Shown in pieces: positions 48,883-58,664 of a stretch of DNA of 64,000 nucleotides; the first letter of the stretch is position 1; each line of letters begins with the position of its first letter. The notes below the pieces were generated by a model. The model was given only the letters and a program-made list of their open reading frames with translations, was not told where the DNA came from and searched no databases. The DNA is from an uncultured delta proteobacterium. GTDB taxonomy: Bacteria > Desulfobacterota > Syntrophia > Syntrophales > UBA2185. The DNA lies in the NCBI GenBank assembly GCA_963729715.1, contig CAVSPA010000007.1, positions 384,001-448,000 of the forward strand. The letters run 5' to 3'. The translations under genes were made by a program, and so were the position numbers.

Positions 48883-49015
48883 TCATCCGCGAAACGACGA
48901 GTCTCCCTCGAATGAGATTAAACTTAATGAACCGATAAGATGGACGTGATATGAGGTATTAGTAGGCTGGCCGCCAAGCCTGATATCATCAGTTGCCGCA
49001 TCAAGGAATTTCCAA

Positions 49016-49219
49016 ATGCCCATTTATGAATTCGAGTGCTGTAAATGTAAGACCGTGTATGAACAATTGATGAAGGTCGACGAAAGATACGATATCCTGG
49101 AGTGCCCTTCATGCGGGGCAAAAAACCCCAAAAAGTTGGCTACCGCATTCCGGACCCACGCGTGGTCGACTTTTCTCGATAACATGGAAAAGAAGATCAG
49201 CCCCCATAAATTCAAGTGA
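49016..49219 (+). CDS. FmdB family zinc-ribbon protein
   Basis: MPIYEFEC..C......CPSCG. Confidence 0.85.
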   Translation: MPIYEFECCKCKTVYEQLMKVDERYDILECPSCGAKNPKKLATAFRTHAWSTFLDNMEKKISPHKFK

Positions 49220-49237
49220 CAGGTATCTTTACGGCGC

Positions 49238-50029
49238 CTACATGACCCCTTTATACCAGCCGCCATCGATCTGAATGGCAGCGCCCGTGATATAGCCGGC
49301 GATCTCTGAGGCTAAGAATGCGACCAAGCCGGCTAATTCTTCCGGCTTGCCCAGGCGCCCCATAGGAATTTCAGACTCCCATCTCTTGACAATCGCTGCC
49401 GGTGTAGAGCCCTCTCTTGCAGCTATTGCTTCGGAGACACTGCGAACCCGCTCCGTCATGGTATAGCCGGGACACACGTTGTTCACGGTGATGTTGAACT
49501 GCGCCAGCTCGTTGGACAGGCTCTTGGCAAAACCGATGACGCCTGCGCGAATTGTATTGGACAAGATAAGGCCGTCGATTGGCTGCTTGACGGAGATGGA
49601 AGTCATATTGACGATGCGCCCCCAGCGCTTGGCTTTCATCACCGGAACCGCTTCACGGGTCATGACAATAGTAGAAAGGAGGTTGAGGTGGAAACCAAAT
49701 TCCCAGAGTTTGTCATCAATATCGAAAAACTCTTTCGATGGCGGCCCTCCGGCATTATTGACTAAAATATCCAGCGTCCCGTAATGATTGATAGCGCTGC
49801 GGACAAACTTCTTTGCCTGTTCTGCGTCGCTTACGTCGGCAGCGATGGCAACGACATCTCCCCCGGTTTCTTTTATGATCTCCTCTTTTGCCTGCGGGAG
49901 ATAGGGGTCATCCAGGGCGCATATGGCAACACGGGCGCCTTCTTTCGATAGCCTCTTTGCTACAGACAGCCCCAAGCCTGTGCTTCCTCCAGCCACCAGG
50001 GCCACTTTATTCTTTAATCCCAAATCCAT
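49238..50029 (-). CDS. SDR family oxidoreductase
   Basis: GGSTGLG, ILVNNAGGP, SNTIR in place of YxxxK, NVCPG, IDGG. Confidence 0.9.
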   Translation of the reverse strand: MDLGLKNKVALVAGGSTGLGLSVAKRLSKEGARVAICALDDPYLPQAKEEIIKETGGDVVAIAADVSDAEQAKKFVRSAINHYGTLDILVNNAGGPPSKEFFDIDDKLWEFGFHLNLLSTIVMTREAVPVMKAKRWGRIVNMTSISVKQPIDGLILSNTIRAGVIGFAKSLSNELAQFNITVNNVCPGYTMTERVRSVSEAIAAREGSTPAAIVKRWESEIPMGRLGKPEELAGLVAFLASEIAGYITGAAIQIDGGWYKGVM

Positions 50030-50231
50030 GTCTTCCTCCTTGATTGGTGTTGGCCGTATTTTTTCATCACGTTAGCCAGTGGTTTTTCTCATCCTTAACC
50101 TCTACCACATTTTAGGTTGGAGTTCTGCCATTTTCCATCCTAATGCACAAACGGCAATGCCTAAAGGAGCTGCATCTCTTATCCTGAATTGCGTTTACTT
50201 CTCCCCTTTATGGCTTTGCGGTTGCCATAAC

Positions 50232-50969
50232 CTATTTTACTTTTTCCTGAAATGCTTGCGATGCTTTCTTCAGAAGAAATTCCTGGAAGGCCTTGTCATG
50301 TTCGACTGAGAATGCCTCCTCGAAACCGCGATTCGCGTGATCCAGCATGTATGTCTTGATAAAGCGAAGGGCCGACAGGGGAGCCTCCAGGATCGTTGCG
50401 GCCATCTCTCTTGCCCGCTCCAGCAATTTATTGCCGTCGATAACCTCGCTGACCAGACCTGCGCGATGCGCCTCCGCGGCGTCGATCCTTCTGCCCGTGA
50501 GACAGAGGTCGCGGGCCAGTCCTTCACCTATAATCCAGCGAAGAGGTGTTAGGAGCGGAGGAATTCCGAATTTTATCTCTGGATGACCGAAGAGGGCGGT
50601 CTTTGAGCATAACCTGATGTCGCAAAGTTTTGCGAGATCAAACCCTCCCGCGAGAGCCGGGCCGTTCACCGCGGCTATCGTCGGCTTGGGAAAATACCAG
50701 ATGTCACGGTGATACCTTGCCGATGTTTCGTAAATTTCATTATACAGGGCCGGTTGTTTGAATTCGCCGAGATCAAAGCCGGCGCTGAATGCCTCGCCGT
50801 TGCCGGTCAAGATTACGGCGCCCACTGTTTCGGATTCCCGCCAATCTTTCAGACATATGGATATCTCTCTACGCATCTCAATAGAGATTGCATTCCGTCT
50901 CTCGGGGCGATTCAGAGAGATCATGCCGATTCTGCCCTGCACATCGGCATTTATGGTACTGAACTCCAT
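50232..50969 (-). CDS. Enoyl-CoA hydratase/isomerase family protein
   Basis: LNRPERRNA, FSAGFDL, IAAVNGPALAGG, FGHPE. Confidence 0.9.
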   Translation of the reverse strand: MEFSTINADVQGRIGMISLNRPERRNAISIEMRREISICLKDWRESETVGAVILTGNGEAFSAGFDLGEFKQPALYNEIYETSARYHRDIWYFPKPTIAAVNGPALAGGFDLAKLCDIRLCSKTALFGHPEIKFGIPPLLTPLRWIIGEGLARDLCLTGRRIDAAEAHRAGLVSEVIDGNKLLERAREMAATILEAPLSALRFIKTYMLDHANRGFEEAFSVEHDKAFQEFLLKKASQAFQEKVK

Positions 50970-51188
50970 GGTGTTCCTCCTTTAAAAATCATCGTTGACA
51001 TGTAAAACCATTCCCGGGAAAAAAGAACTTATATCTGCAGCAAGAATGCAGGAAACGAACCATCTGTCGACTTTTTCTTGTTACGCTTTTATAATCGGGC
51101 GCAAGCTGATAATAAAAATGCGCATGGTCGCAATCGCATCCATTACACTATTCATATTTCCGGAATACGTGCCAGGCCTTGCAAGTCT

Positions 51189-52082
51189 TCACTTACGAGG
51201 GTGCCGATCGTCTCTGGGGTCTTTGACTCTCTTGACTATCAGGCGACAGCAACCGAGAATATTCTCCGCCGAATAAAGAGTGAGCTCATCGCGATAATAT
51301 TCTCTGAATATGTCCTCCACGACAGCTTCGTCATCCCGCCCGTCGTGGAGGATGCGAGTCATGATACCCTGAGCGGCTGCGCGTGCCTCCTGAAGCGTCT
51401 TCTTTACATCCGGCCCTTGTGCGATGCAGTTATGGGCCAGTCCAAGGATTTCCGGCTTGAGGCCTTCTATGATGTCTATTGTCGTCATGTAGTCGGCATA
51501 TCCGGTAAAAAAAATTGGGAAGAACCCCGGCCCTGATAACCGGTATCCCAGGCTGTCAGAGGCCAATACGGCGCTTAAGGCTGGGATATGCATGATAATA
51601 TTGCCGGGTGAATGCCCTCGCGCATCCAAGAAATTGATCTTTATATCTCCAAGATCGAGCTCATCCCCCTCGTTGACGACTTTGGAGCCGGATAGCGAAG
51701 GGGAATGCAGGATAGCGGGCCGGCTGGAAACGAGACCGCGATCCAGCATATAAGAAGACATATGCCGGTCTTCCTGGATCAGCGATTCGACCGTCTTCGG
51801 ATGGTCAAGAAACGCCGCCGCATCCTGTCCTGCCATGACAATAGCATGAGGGAAGGCCTGTCTTAAGGCATCGAGACCCCCAATGTGATCACTGTGGGGA
51901 TGGGTGACAATCAGATAATCAGGAATTACGCCTAATGATGATAGTTGCATAATCACCGTATCAGCCATAGCTGAAATACCCATTTCAACCAGGGCTGATG
52001 CCTTCTTCCCTCTTATCAAATAGATGTGAAAATAGGGATGACCCAGAATAAATAGACGTTTAGTCACGGATTGGGGATACAT
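51189..52082 (-). CDS. MBL-fold metallo-hydrolase
   Basis: THPHSDHIGG, GHSPG, SDSLG, LAH. Confidence 0.88.
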   Translation of the reverse strand: MYPQSVTKRLFILGHPYFHIYLIRGKKASALVEMGISAMADTVIMQLSSLGVIPDYLIVTHPHSDHIGGLDALRQAFPHAIVMAGQDAAAFLDHPKTVESLIQEDRHMSSYMLDRGLVSSRPAILHSPSLSGSKVVNEGDELDLGDIKINFLDARGHSPGNIIMHIPALSAVLASDSLGYRLSGPGFFPIFFTGYADYMTTIDIIEGLKPEILGLAHNCIAQGPDVKKTLQEARAAAQGIMTRILHDGRDDEAVVEDIFREYYRDELTLYSAENILGCCRLIVKRVKDPRDDRHPRK

Positions 52083-52200
52083 ATCTCACAACGTATCTTT
52101 GTCATTTTGTCGGTCTCTGTTGTCATGTGCCTTGTAGCACATTTTAGAGAAGAGTTCCGCCATTTTTTAGCTATGGTTTGCTCAGCATACACATCGATGC

Positions 52201-52237
52201 AAAAAAAGAGCCGCCCCACCGGAAGGCGAGGCGGCTC
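52201..52237 (-). terminator. Rho-independent terminator after the Cache gene
   Basis: Minus strand GAGCCGCC...GGCGGCTC stem followed by T7. Confidence 0.75.
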
Positions 52238-52294
52238 GGAGACTGTCTCTCGATAGTTTTTACATTCTACATTATTTTGGAGGAACGCAGAACG

Positions 52295-52705
52295 CTACAA
52301 TAGATCCTGCCACATTTCTGCGTAGACGCCGCTGCAGATGATCACGTCATCAACTTTCTCAAAATACACATGCTTCACCAGATCTTCTTTGGTAAGCGGG
52401 TTGTACCATTTGTAATCGACAAAGCCGCTGCCCTTGGTGTTGGCGACTTCAACGATCTCTCTGATAAAGCTCCTACCATCGGAATCTTTAACATCACAGA
52501 AGTCCATGCCTATATATTTTTCGTTGACTCCATGCGCCAGCATTGTCCCTTTGAGATTCAGCACGAAAACATACTGTTCGCCTTCTACAAAGGGTCCCTT
52601 CGGATTTGTAAACTCCGCCATAGCAACCGCTTTACCCGCTTTCTTATAAAATGCTATTGCCTTCTTCACGAACTGTCTTGCCTCTTCCCCTGCTGCTCCG
52701 TACAT
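52295..52705 (-). CDS. Stand-alone single Cache domain protein
   Basis: YVFV....GTMLAH, KDSDG..FI, GSGFVDYKW.NP, K..Y, CSGVY; GGAGG RBS. Confidence 0.88.
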   Translation of the reverse strand: MYGAAGEEARQFVKKAIAFYKKAGKAVAMAEFTNPKGPFVEGEQYVFVLNLKGTMLAHGVNEKYIGMDFCDVKDSDGRSFIREIVEVANTKGSGFVDYKWYNPLTKEDLVKHVYFEKVDDVIICSGVYAEMWQDLL

Positions 52706-52875
52706 AAGCCCCTCCTCCTTCAGTTAGTTATTGCCCGGTCAACTTCAAATGTCAGCCGGTTATGGATTTAAGCCTAATTAACTGTTACGCAGGATACTAA
52801 TATAGTATGACTTTTGACAATTGCAATTGCGAAAAACCGGGAAGAGTATGAGGGAAAATCTTATTTTATTCTAAG

Positions 52876-53556
52876 TCAAAGGAGTAGATTTAATTCCGTA
52901 ATGATCCTGTCACTCGTGGTCCTTATGATCCATGAACGCATAACTTCAAGCGCCTGTTTATGCAGGTCCGGACTCCATGATCCCACCGCGTCCTCCGGCA
53001 CGATCACACGATAACCTGCATCGGCCGCGCCGATACAGGTGGAGATCACGCAGTGGTTCGTGTACATCCCCGCCGCAACGATTGTATCAATTCCCTTCTG
53101 CGTTAAGACATGATCAATTACGGAGGAATTAAATGCCCCTTGGGCCGTCTTGCTGATAACAGGCTCATTGGGCAAGGGAGAGATAGCCGGCATGATCATA
53201 TACCCGGGATCTTTGACGGAGACAATTGCGGGAACACCGAGTTTCTCCCTGCACTTCCTGTTCCATAAGCGGACATACGGAACGAGGTCTGATCCGTCTT
53301 CCGTGAGAGAACCGAAGGCCGTAAATGCAACACATGCTCCGGCCTTCCGGAATGATGAAAGCAATCTCCCGATAACCGGAAGGAGTTCCTTCCCCCGGCG
53401 GACGGCACCCTCTTTCGCCTCTGGCCCGTTGACGACGCCGAAGTAGCGAGGCAGATTTCCCCCCTCGCCTGCTTGATATACCTGCATGTCGATTATCAGA
53501 AGGGCCGTTTCCTTTTTGCTCTTTATCAGTACATTCCCGATAGCGTTCTTGGCCAT
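52876..53556 (-). CDS. Isochorismatase/cysteine hydrolase family protein
   Basis: TALLIIDMQ, VISK, AF, AGMYTNHCV.ST...A.D.GY. Confidence 0.88.
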   Translation of the reverse strand: MAKNAIGNVLIKSKKETALLIIDMQVYQAGEGGNLPRYFGVVNGPEAKEGAVRRGKELLPVIGRLLSSFRKAGACVAFTAFGSLTEDGSDLVPYVRLWNRKCREKLGVPAIVSVKDPGYMIMPAISPLPNEPVISKTAQGAFNSSVIDHVLTQKGIDTIVAAGMYTNHCVISTCIGAADAGYRVIVPEDAVGSWSPDLHKQALEVMRSWIIRTTSDRIITELNLLL

Positions 53557-53593
53557 GTGTATATCCGTGTTCCTTGACACCCACGATGGGGCC

Positions 53594-53986
53594 TCATTTA
53601 ATGGGCCATTCTCCCCGTTCTTTGAGAACATCCCGATAAACTTCAAGGGCCTCATTGACGGCGGGCATGCCCGCGTAGGTCGCAACCTGGAAAAAAATCT
53701 CCGCCAGCTTCTTGGGATCACAACCTACATTCAGCGCCGCGTTCACGTGAAGCTTAAGTTCGCCTGTTGCCCTCAGAGCCGCGAGCATGGCGCAAGCAGC
53801 CATCTGCCTTTCGGGGAGGGTTAAAACAGTCCGGGAATAAAGGTTGCCCGTTATGAACCGGGAGAAGTCATTGGCAAGGTCCTTGTCAAACTCCCTCCAC
53901 ATTAGATAAGGCGGAGCTATCTTGATCCCTTTGCCGAAGAGGGTATTCGCGGTTTCCTGAGTTCTTTTCTTGATTTCGTCGCTCAT
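53594..53986 (-). CDS. Carboxymuconolactone decarboxylase family protein
   Basis: LYSR.VL...ERQM, ELKLHV.AALNVG, YAGMPA. Confidence 0.88.
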   Translation of the reverse strand: MSDEIKKRTQETANTLFGKGIKIAPPYLMWREFDKDLANDFSRFITGNLYSRTVLTLPERQMAACAMLAALRATGELKLHVNAALNVGCDPKKLAEIFFQVATYAGMPAVNEALEVYRDVLKERGEWPIK

Positions 53987-54006
53987 GATCTCATTCCTTA
54001 AATTTT

Positions 54007-54231
54007 TCATTCATGGTCATCGTTAAGCTTGCCGCCGTAAGGGTTTACCTTAATGTCATCAAAGCAGGTATGGCAGAATACTTTTGTATCCACGTGGCCG
54101 CATCCATAGCCCCAAAGGTCAAATTTACGGCACTCTATGCAGAGAGGAACCTGGCAACCGTCACAGAAGATGACAGCAGGGATTTTCCCGCAACGCATGC
54201 AGGCTAGACCTGTTTCTGTTACGATGATCAT
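54007..54231 (-). CDS. Small Cys-rich (zinc-finger-like) protein
   Basis: CxxC-x8-CxxC-x4-CxxC...GCGH...CxxC; overlaps the next gene's upstream ATG. Confidence 0.7.
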   Translation of the reverse strand: MIIVTETGLACMRCGKIPAVIFCDGCQVPLCIECRKFDLWGYGCGHVDTKVFCHTCFDDIKVNPYGGKLNDDHE

Positions 54232-54308
54232 GGAATATCAGGCTAACACAAGCAATAAAAATGGACAAGATGAAACGGGAGGGCATTTCATCAGCTTATC
54301 CGGAAAAT

Positions 54309-54989
54309 TTATTTCTTTTCTGCTCTCGCTTCTTTTTCGAAATCATGAGCTCTCACATTATCATGATGTTGAAAAAATGCGGGGTAGCATTCCCGGAAGT
54401 AGGCGACAATCCTTTCATAGGGTACGTCGGTAAAAGGACCGTGATCCCTAACGTATTCCATATGCTTCTTTCCTTCCCCGTCATATGGATGAAAGAGGCT
54501 GTCATTTCTGCCATCGAAGTTGAGAGGATTTACGCCAAACTTGTCACACAGGGATAGGTTGAACGTTGGTGTAGCCTTGACCCAGCGGTCGCCGAGGAAG
54601 AGTTCCGTATAACCGTGAAAGATGAAGGTATCCGTTTTCATCAACTGCCGGAGCCTTTCCGTGGTAAGGTGGTTGCGCACATCGGCAAAGCCGAGCCGGG
54701 CGGGAATACCGGAGGCACGGGCAACAGCAACAAGCACAATTGCTTTGGCCACGCAATAACCATAGCCCTTTCCTATGATGACGCTCGCTTTGAAAGCCTC
54801 TCTTTTTTCCAAATCGATCCGGTACGGGTCATACCTGATCTTGTCTCGAACTGCATAAAAGAGGGCTATGCCTTTCTCCATTGAGGTCTTGATGCCGCCC
54901 GCGGCATCTCCGGCGAAGGCTGTGACCTCCGATGCATCACTGTCAATATAGTACGTGGGCCGGAGGTATTGTTCGTGATCATTTGCCAT
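54309..54989 (-). CDS. Transglutaminase-like domain protein
   Basis: VRD.IRYDPY, GYCVAKA, R.SGIPAR, HGYTE, WVKATP. Confidence 0.9.
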   Translation of the reverse strand: MANDHEQYLRPTYYIDSDASEVTAFAGDAAGGIKTSMEKGIALFYAVRDKIRYDPYRIDLEKREAFKASVIIGKGYGYCVAKAIVLVAVARASGIPARLGFADVRNHLTTERLRQLMKTDTFIFHGYTELFLGDRWVKATPTFNLSLCDKFGVNPLNFDGRNDSLFHPYDGEGKKHMEYVRDHGPFTDVPYERIVAYFRECYPAFFQHHDNVRAHDFEKEARAEKK

Positions 54990-55239
54990 ATTAGTCTGAT
55001 AGGAATTTTCCGTTGTCCGTCTGGAGTATATGAGAAAGGAAATGGCTTATCAATTGCAAGTGAGTAGAAAACAATACGGATACCGGCAAACAATATCAAT
55101 CGACGGATGAAAGTGATTTTCTGTATCTCTCGCCGACTCAATTATTTATTTCCGGCCGCGCTCTAAGCGCCAAGAGCGCCACGAGTGCTGAAAAGATTTC
55201 ACGCAGTTAAGCAAATATTACTTGTCAAAAAATATGTTC

Positions 55240-55773
55240 TTAATCTTCAGACCGAAGCAGGACAGAAACATGGCTGACGTCTTCCAGATCATCCCTCCAA
55301 CTCTTGTTTTCGAGGATTCTTTTCTTCTTGACAAATGTCCATAACTCATCAAGCTGGGCCTCAGTCATTTTCAGTGAATAGAGAAGATTTGACAATACGG
55401 ACTCACAATGTTCTCCCGCACGGAGGATTACGCGCTGCACAATGCCTTTATCGATTTTCAATGATCGCGCGGTCGATTGAACTCCATCACCTTCTGCCGC
55501 ATGGTGAAGAATCTGTCTGATAATATCTTCGGACAAATGCATCCTGTAAAAAGCTGTTGACGTCGATGCGGCGAAACGTTTTCCGCAGGTTCTGCAATAT
55601 AATAGTTTTCTGTTCTTATTTTTGCCGTAGTTACCGCGTACGCCAACATTACCGTTGTCCCTCAGACCGTAATCTTTACAGCCTCTGTTGGGGCAGTATA
55701 TATATTCAATTTCCAACACGTTGAAATACCTCCGATCAGTAGTTCTTAGTTTGTCAATTAGAAAGTTTGTCAA
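55240..55773 (-). pseudogene. IS1-family transposase remnant (InsA-like zinc finger/HTH; InsB part dead)
   Basis: CPN..C...YG...LYCRTCGKRF, HTH, QLDELWTFVKKK. The -1 frame after the Lys run stops within about 10 codons. Confidence 0.7.
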
Positions 55774-55897
55774 TTCTATTCGAACTCAATTATCAAAACA
55801 ATATTAAAAGATTAATAAATAATATTAAGAATTAATTAATTAGAAATTTGCCGCAAAATTGTATTCCGGAAATAGTGGTTTTATTGTGAGCTTTAAC

Positions 55898-55926
55898 TTG
55901 CATCCACTATGCTATCGGTGTATATT
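55898..55926 (+). promoter_or_regulatory. Sigma70 promoter
   Basis: TTGCAT-N17-TATATT upstream of the molybdopterin oxidoreductase. Confidence 0.45.
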
Positions 55927-56049
55927 AATTGCGCTTTTGAAGAAAATGATTAAGTCGATAATTTGTCTCATAATATCCTTCCTCGATGAATTTTCGATCT
56001 GAATCTATCTGATGGCATGATATAAATAGAAAGAAGTTAACTCAAAGGG

Positions 56050-58143
56050 ATGTATAACCATATGGAAGATAACATTCGCTGGACGAAGACACATTGCGCC
56101 AGGATGGACCATGGGGGCTGTAGCCTTCTGGTCGGCGTGAAAGATAATCAGATTGTCAGGGTGAAGGGGGATCCGGAGGGCTACCTGAGTAAGGGTTATA
56201 TATGCCCTAAGGGCGTAGCATCGCCGGATAGACTGACACACCCGGACCGTCTCAGGCATCCCCTCAAGCGGGCAGGAATGCGCGGCGAAGGCAAATGGCA
56301 GCGCATAACCTGGGAAGAGGCCTTGCAGGAGGTCGCCGGAAATCTCCTTGAGATCAAGGAAAAGCACGGTGCGAGGGCAGTTGCATTTGGCGTCGGCATG
56401 CCCAAAGGCCTTGAGCATTTTGTCCTCATTCGTCTGGCCAATCTTTTCGGATCTCCGAATGTGGTCGCTTCTCAGGATGTCTGCCACGCACCCCGTGAGA
56501 TCACGGGCATCCACACATGCGGCTTTTACCCGGTCGCAGATTTTCACCATCCGAGCAAGCTCGCCGTCCTGTGGGGAAGCAACATTACCTCCACGAATGA
56601 AGAGGGTGAAATCAACAGCATGTTCCTCGAACAGATGAAGAACGGGATGGAGTTGATCGTAATCGATCCGCGCCGGATCGACACAGTTAAGAAAGCGCGG
56701 ATGTGGCTGCAGATCAGGCCCGGCACGGACAATGCCTTGGCCCTGGGATTCCTGAATGTCATTATTTCCGAGGGTCTGTACGACAAAGAATTTGTGGAAA
56801 AATGGACTGCGGGTTTTCCCGATCTGGTGGAACATGTAAGACAATTCACGCCGGAGCAGGTCTCCACAATCACCTGGGTCGCACCCGAACTCATAAGAGA
56901 CGCCGCCCGCTGCTATGCCACGGCAAAGCCGGCAGTCATCCAATGGGGAAATCCCATAGAACACAATATTTTCACCTTCGACACCGCAAGAGCTCTTATC
57001 TGCCTCATGGCCATAACGGGAAATCTCGATGTGCCCGGTGGCAACGTAGAGGCGAAAGACCCACAGATCGTGGGGCTGGGTCCCTTTGTCCGGGCCGATC
57101 TCATGCCTGATAAGTACAAGAACATGATCAGCGCCCACCACAGCGTAATCCCGCGCCTGATGACAATTGCGCCCGCGTATTTCCGGAAGGCAGTTTTGGA
57201 AGGAATTCCCTACCCGGTGAAGGGATTTTACGCCATGTGCTGCAATCCCCTATTGACCTACGCAGACAGCCGTCAGACTTATGAGGCCCTCATGAAACTG
57301 GACTTCCTCGCCATAGCTGATATCTTCATGACCCCGACTGCGGCCCTGGCGGATATCGTTCTGCCCGCAGCCACACAGTTCGAATTTGATGATATCGGCC
57401 ATCTCGGAATCGGTCACGGTTACCTCCTGGCAAGGCCCAAGGTCGTGGAACCGCCGGAGGAGTGCTGGCCGGATATGAAGATTATGAATGAGCTGGGTAA
57501 ACGCATAAGTCCGCCGGAACTCTGGCACGACGATTACCGTATGTTCCTCGAAGACGTCGTCAAACCGGCAGGACTTACGTATGCCGAGTTTGCGGAGAGG
57601 GGATACCTGAAAGGACCGGACCGTTTCAAATCCTACGAGAAGAAAGGATTTAGGACCCCATCTGGAAAGGCCGAACTCGCCCTTAGCACAGCGGAGAAGT
57701 TTAAATTAACTTCCCTGCCGCAATACAAGGGTCTGCCGGAAGACGACGACCCCGATTATCCCCTGCTCCTCACCAGCGCCAAGAGCCGCTTCTTCCTCCA
57801 TTCGTCCTACCAATGGCTGGAAAAGCTCAGGAAACTGAGACCTCATCCGCGGCTGGAGATCCACCCGGAGACGGCACAGAAATACGGCATCAAGGAAGGT
57901 GATGAGGTTGTTATCGAAACGAAATACGGCAGGATCACCCAGATGGCCAACCTGACAGACGGCATTGATCCCCGCGTGCTATGCGCTACCCATGGATGGT
58001 GGTTCCCGGAAGGTAGGCCGGACACGCAGTACGATTGGGAAAGATCCAATTTCAACATGCTTACCTCTACGGGCAAGCTCGGCAGGGAGTACGGCACGCC
58101 CAATCTGAAGGGCCTGCCCTGCAGGATCAGCAGGAAGACCTGA
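56050..58143 (+). CDS. Mo/W-bis-pyranopterin oxidoreductase, acetylene hydratase-like
   Basis: G.ICPKG, HPDRL.HPLKR.G.RGEGKW.RITWEEAL, VIDPR, IRPGTD.AL, FMTPTA.LADIVLPA, HPETA C-domain; no Tat signal. Confidence 0.9.
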   Translation: MYNHMEDNIRWTKTHCARMDHGGCSLLVGVKDNQIVRVKGDPEGYLSKGYICPKGVASPDRLTHPDRLRHPLKRAGMRGEGKWQRITWEEALQEVAGNLLEIKEKHGARAVAFGVGMPKGLEHFVLIRLANLFGSPNVVASQDVCHAPREITGIHTCGFYPVADFHHPSKLAVLWGSNITSTNEEGEINSMFLEQMKNGMELIVIDPRRIDTVKKARMWLQIRPGTDNALALGFLNVIISEGLYDKEFVEKWTAGFPDLVEHVRQFTPEQVSTITWVAPELIRDAARCYATAKPAVIQWGNPIEHNIFTFDTARALICLMAITGNLDVPGGNVEAKDPQIVGLGPFVRADLMPDKYKNMISAHHSVIPRLMTIAPAYFRKAVLEGIPYPVKGFYAMCCNPLLTYADSRQTYEALMKLDFLAIADIFMTPTAALADIVLPAATQFEFDDIGHLGIGHGYLLARPKVVEPPEECWPDMKIMNELGKRISPPELWHDDYRMFLEDVVKPAGLTYAEFAERGYLKGPDRFKSYEKKGFRTPSGKAELALSTAEKFKLTSLPQYKGLPEDDDPDYPLLLTSAKSRFFLHSSYQWLEKLRKLRPHPRLEIHPETAQKYGIKEGDEVVIETKYGRITQMANLTDGIDPRVLCATHGWWFPEGRPDTQYDWERSNFNMLTSTGKLGREYGTPNLKGLPCRISRKT

Positions 58144-58217
58144 GCCTCTGTTTTGCTGTGAGATGGAAAGAGAAATAGCAGTTACTTAAATCAACCTACG
58201 CAGAAAGGAGCAACGCA

Positions 58218-58508
58218 ATGATCAAGCATATAGTCTTCATGAAATTCAAGGCAGGTGTTACAGAAAAAAATATCGAGGATCTGGAGAAGGCCATGGCAAA
58301 GCTACCTGGAAGAATTCCGGAAATAAAAGAGTATCAATTCGGCCGCGATATCGTTCATTCCTCAAGGTCATACGATTTCGCTCTGATTTCCGCCTTTGAA
58401 GACCTGGAGGCACTGAAGCGTTATCAACCGCATCCCGACCACCTTCCCGTTCTCACAAAGGTGAAGGAAATATGTGAAAACATTCTGGCAGTGGATTTCA
58501 AGGTGTAA
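58218..58508 (+). CDS. Dabb family stress-responsive A/B barrel protein
   Basis: MIKHIVFMKF...IPEI...G.D...Y..HP.H...VDF; AAGGAG RBS. Confidence 0.88.
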   Translation: MIKHIVFMKFKAGVTEKNIEDLEKAMAKLPGRIPEIKEYQFGRDIVHSSRSYDFALISAFEDLEALKRYQPHPDHLPVLTKVKEICENILAVDFKV

Positions 58509-58664
58509 CTTCATCCGTAAAGTGCCAACAGCTTTTCTCGGAGGAATCACCAAATCTTCCGAATCCTTGATGTTCATGCATTATCCTCTTGTGCTGCAGT
58601 GCACATGGAAACAGATAGAAACGCATCTGCATATAAGAATCCTATCCAATCATCGGTGATTGCT

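Noticed and set aside
48885..48960. Fluoride riboswitch in the FmdB leader
   Set aside because: It lacks the GGCGAUG...UCGCC and GCUGAUGAC conserved core.
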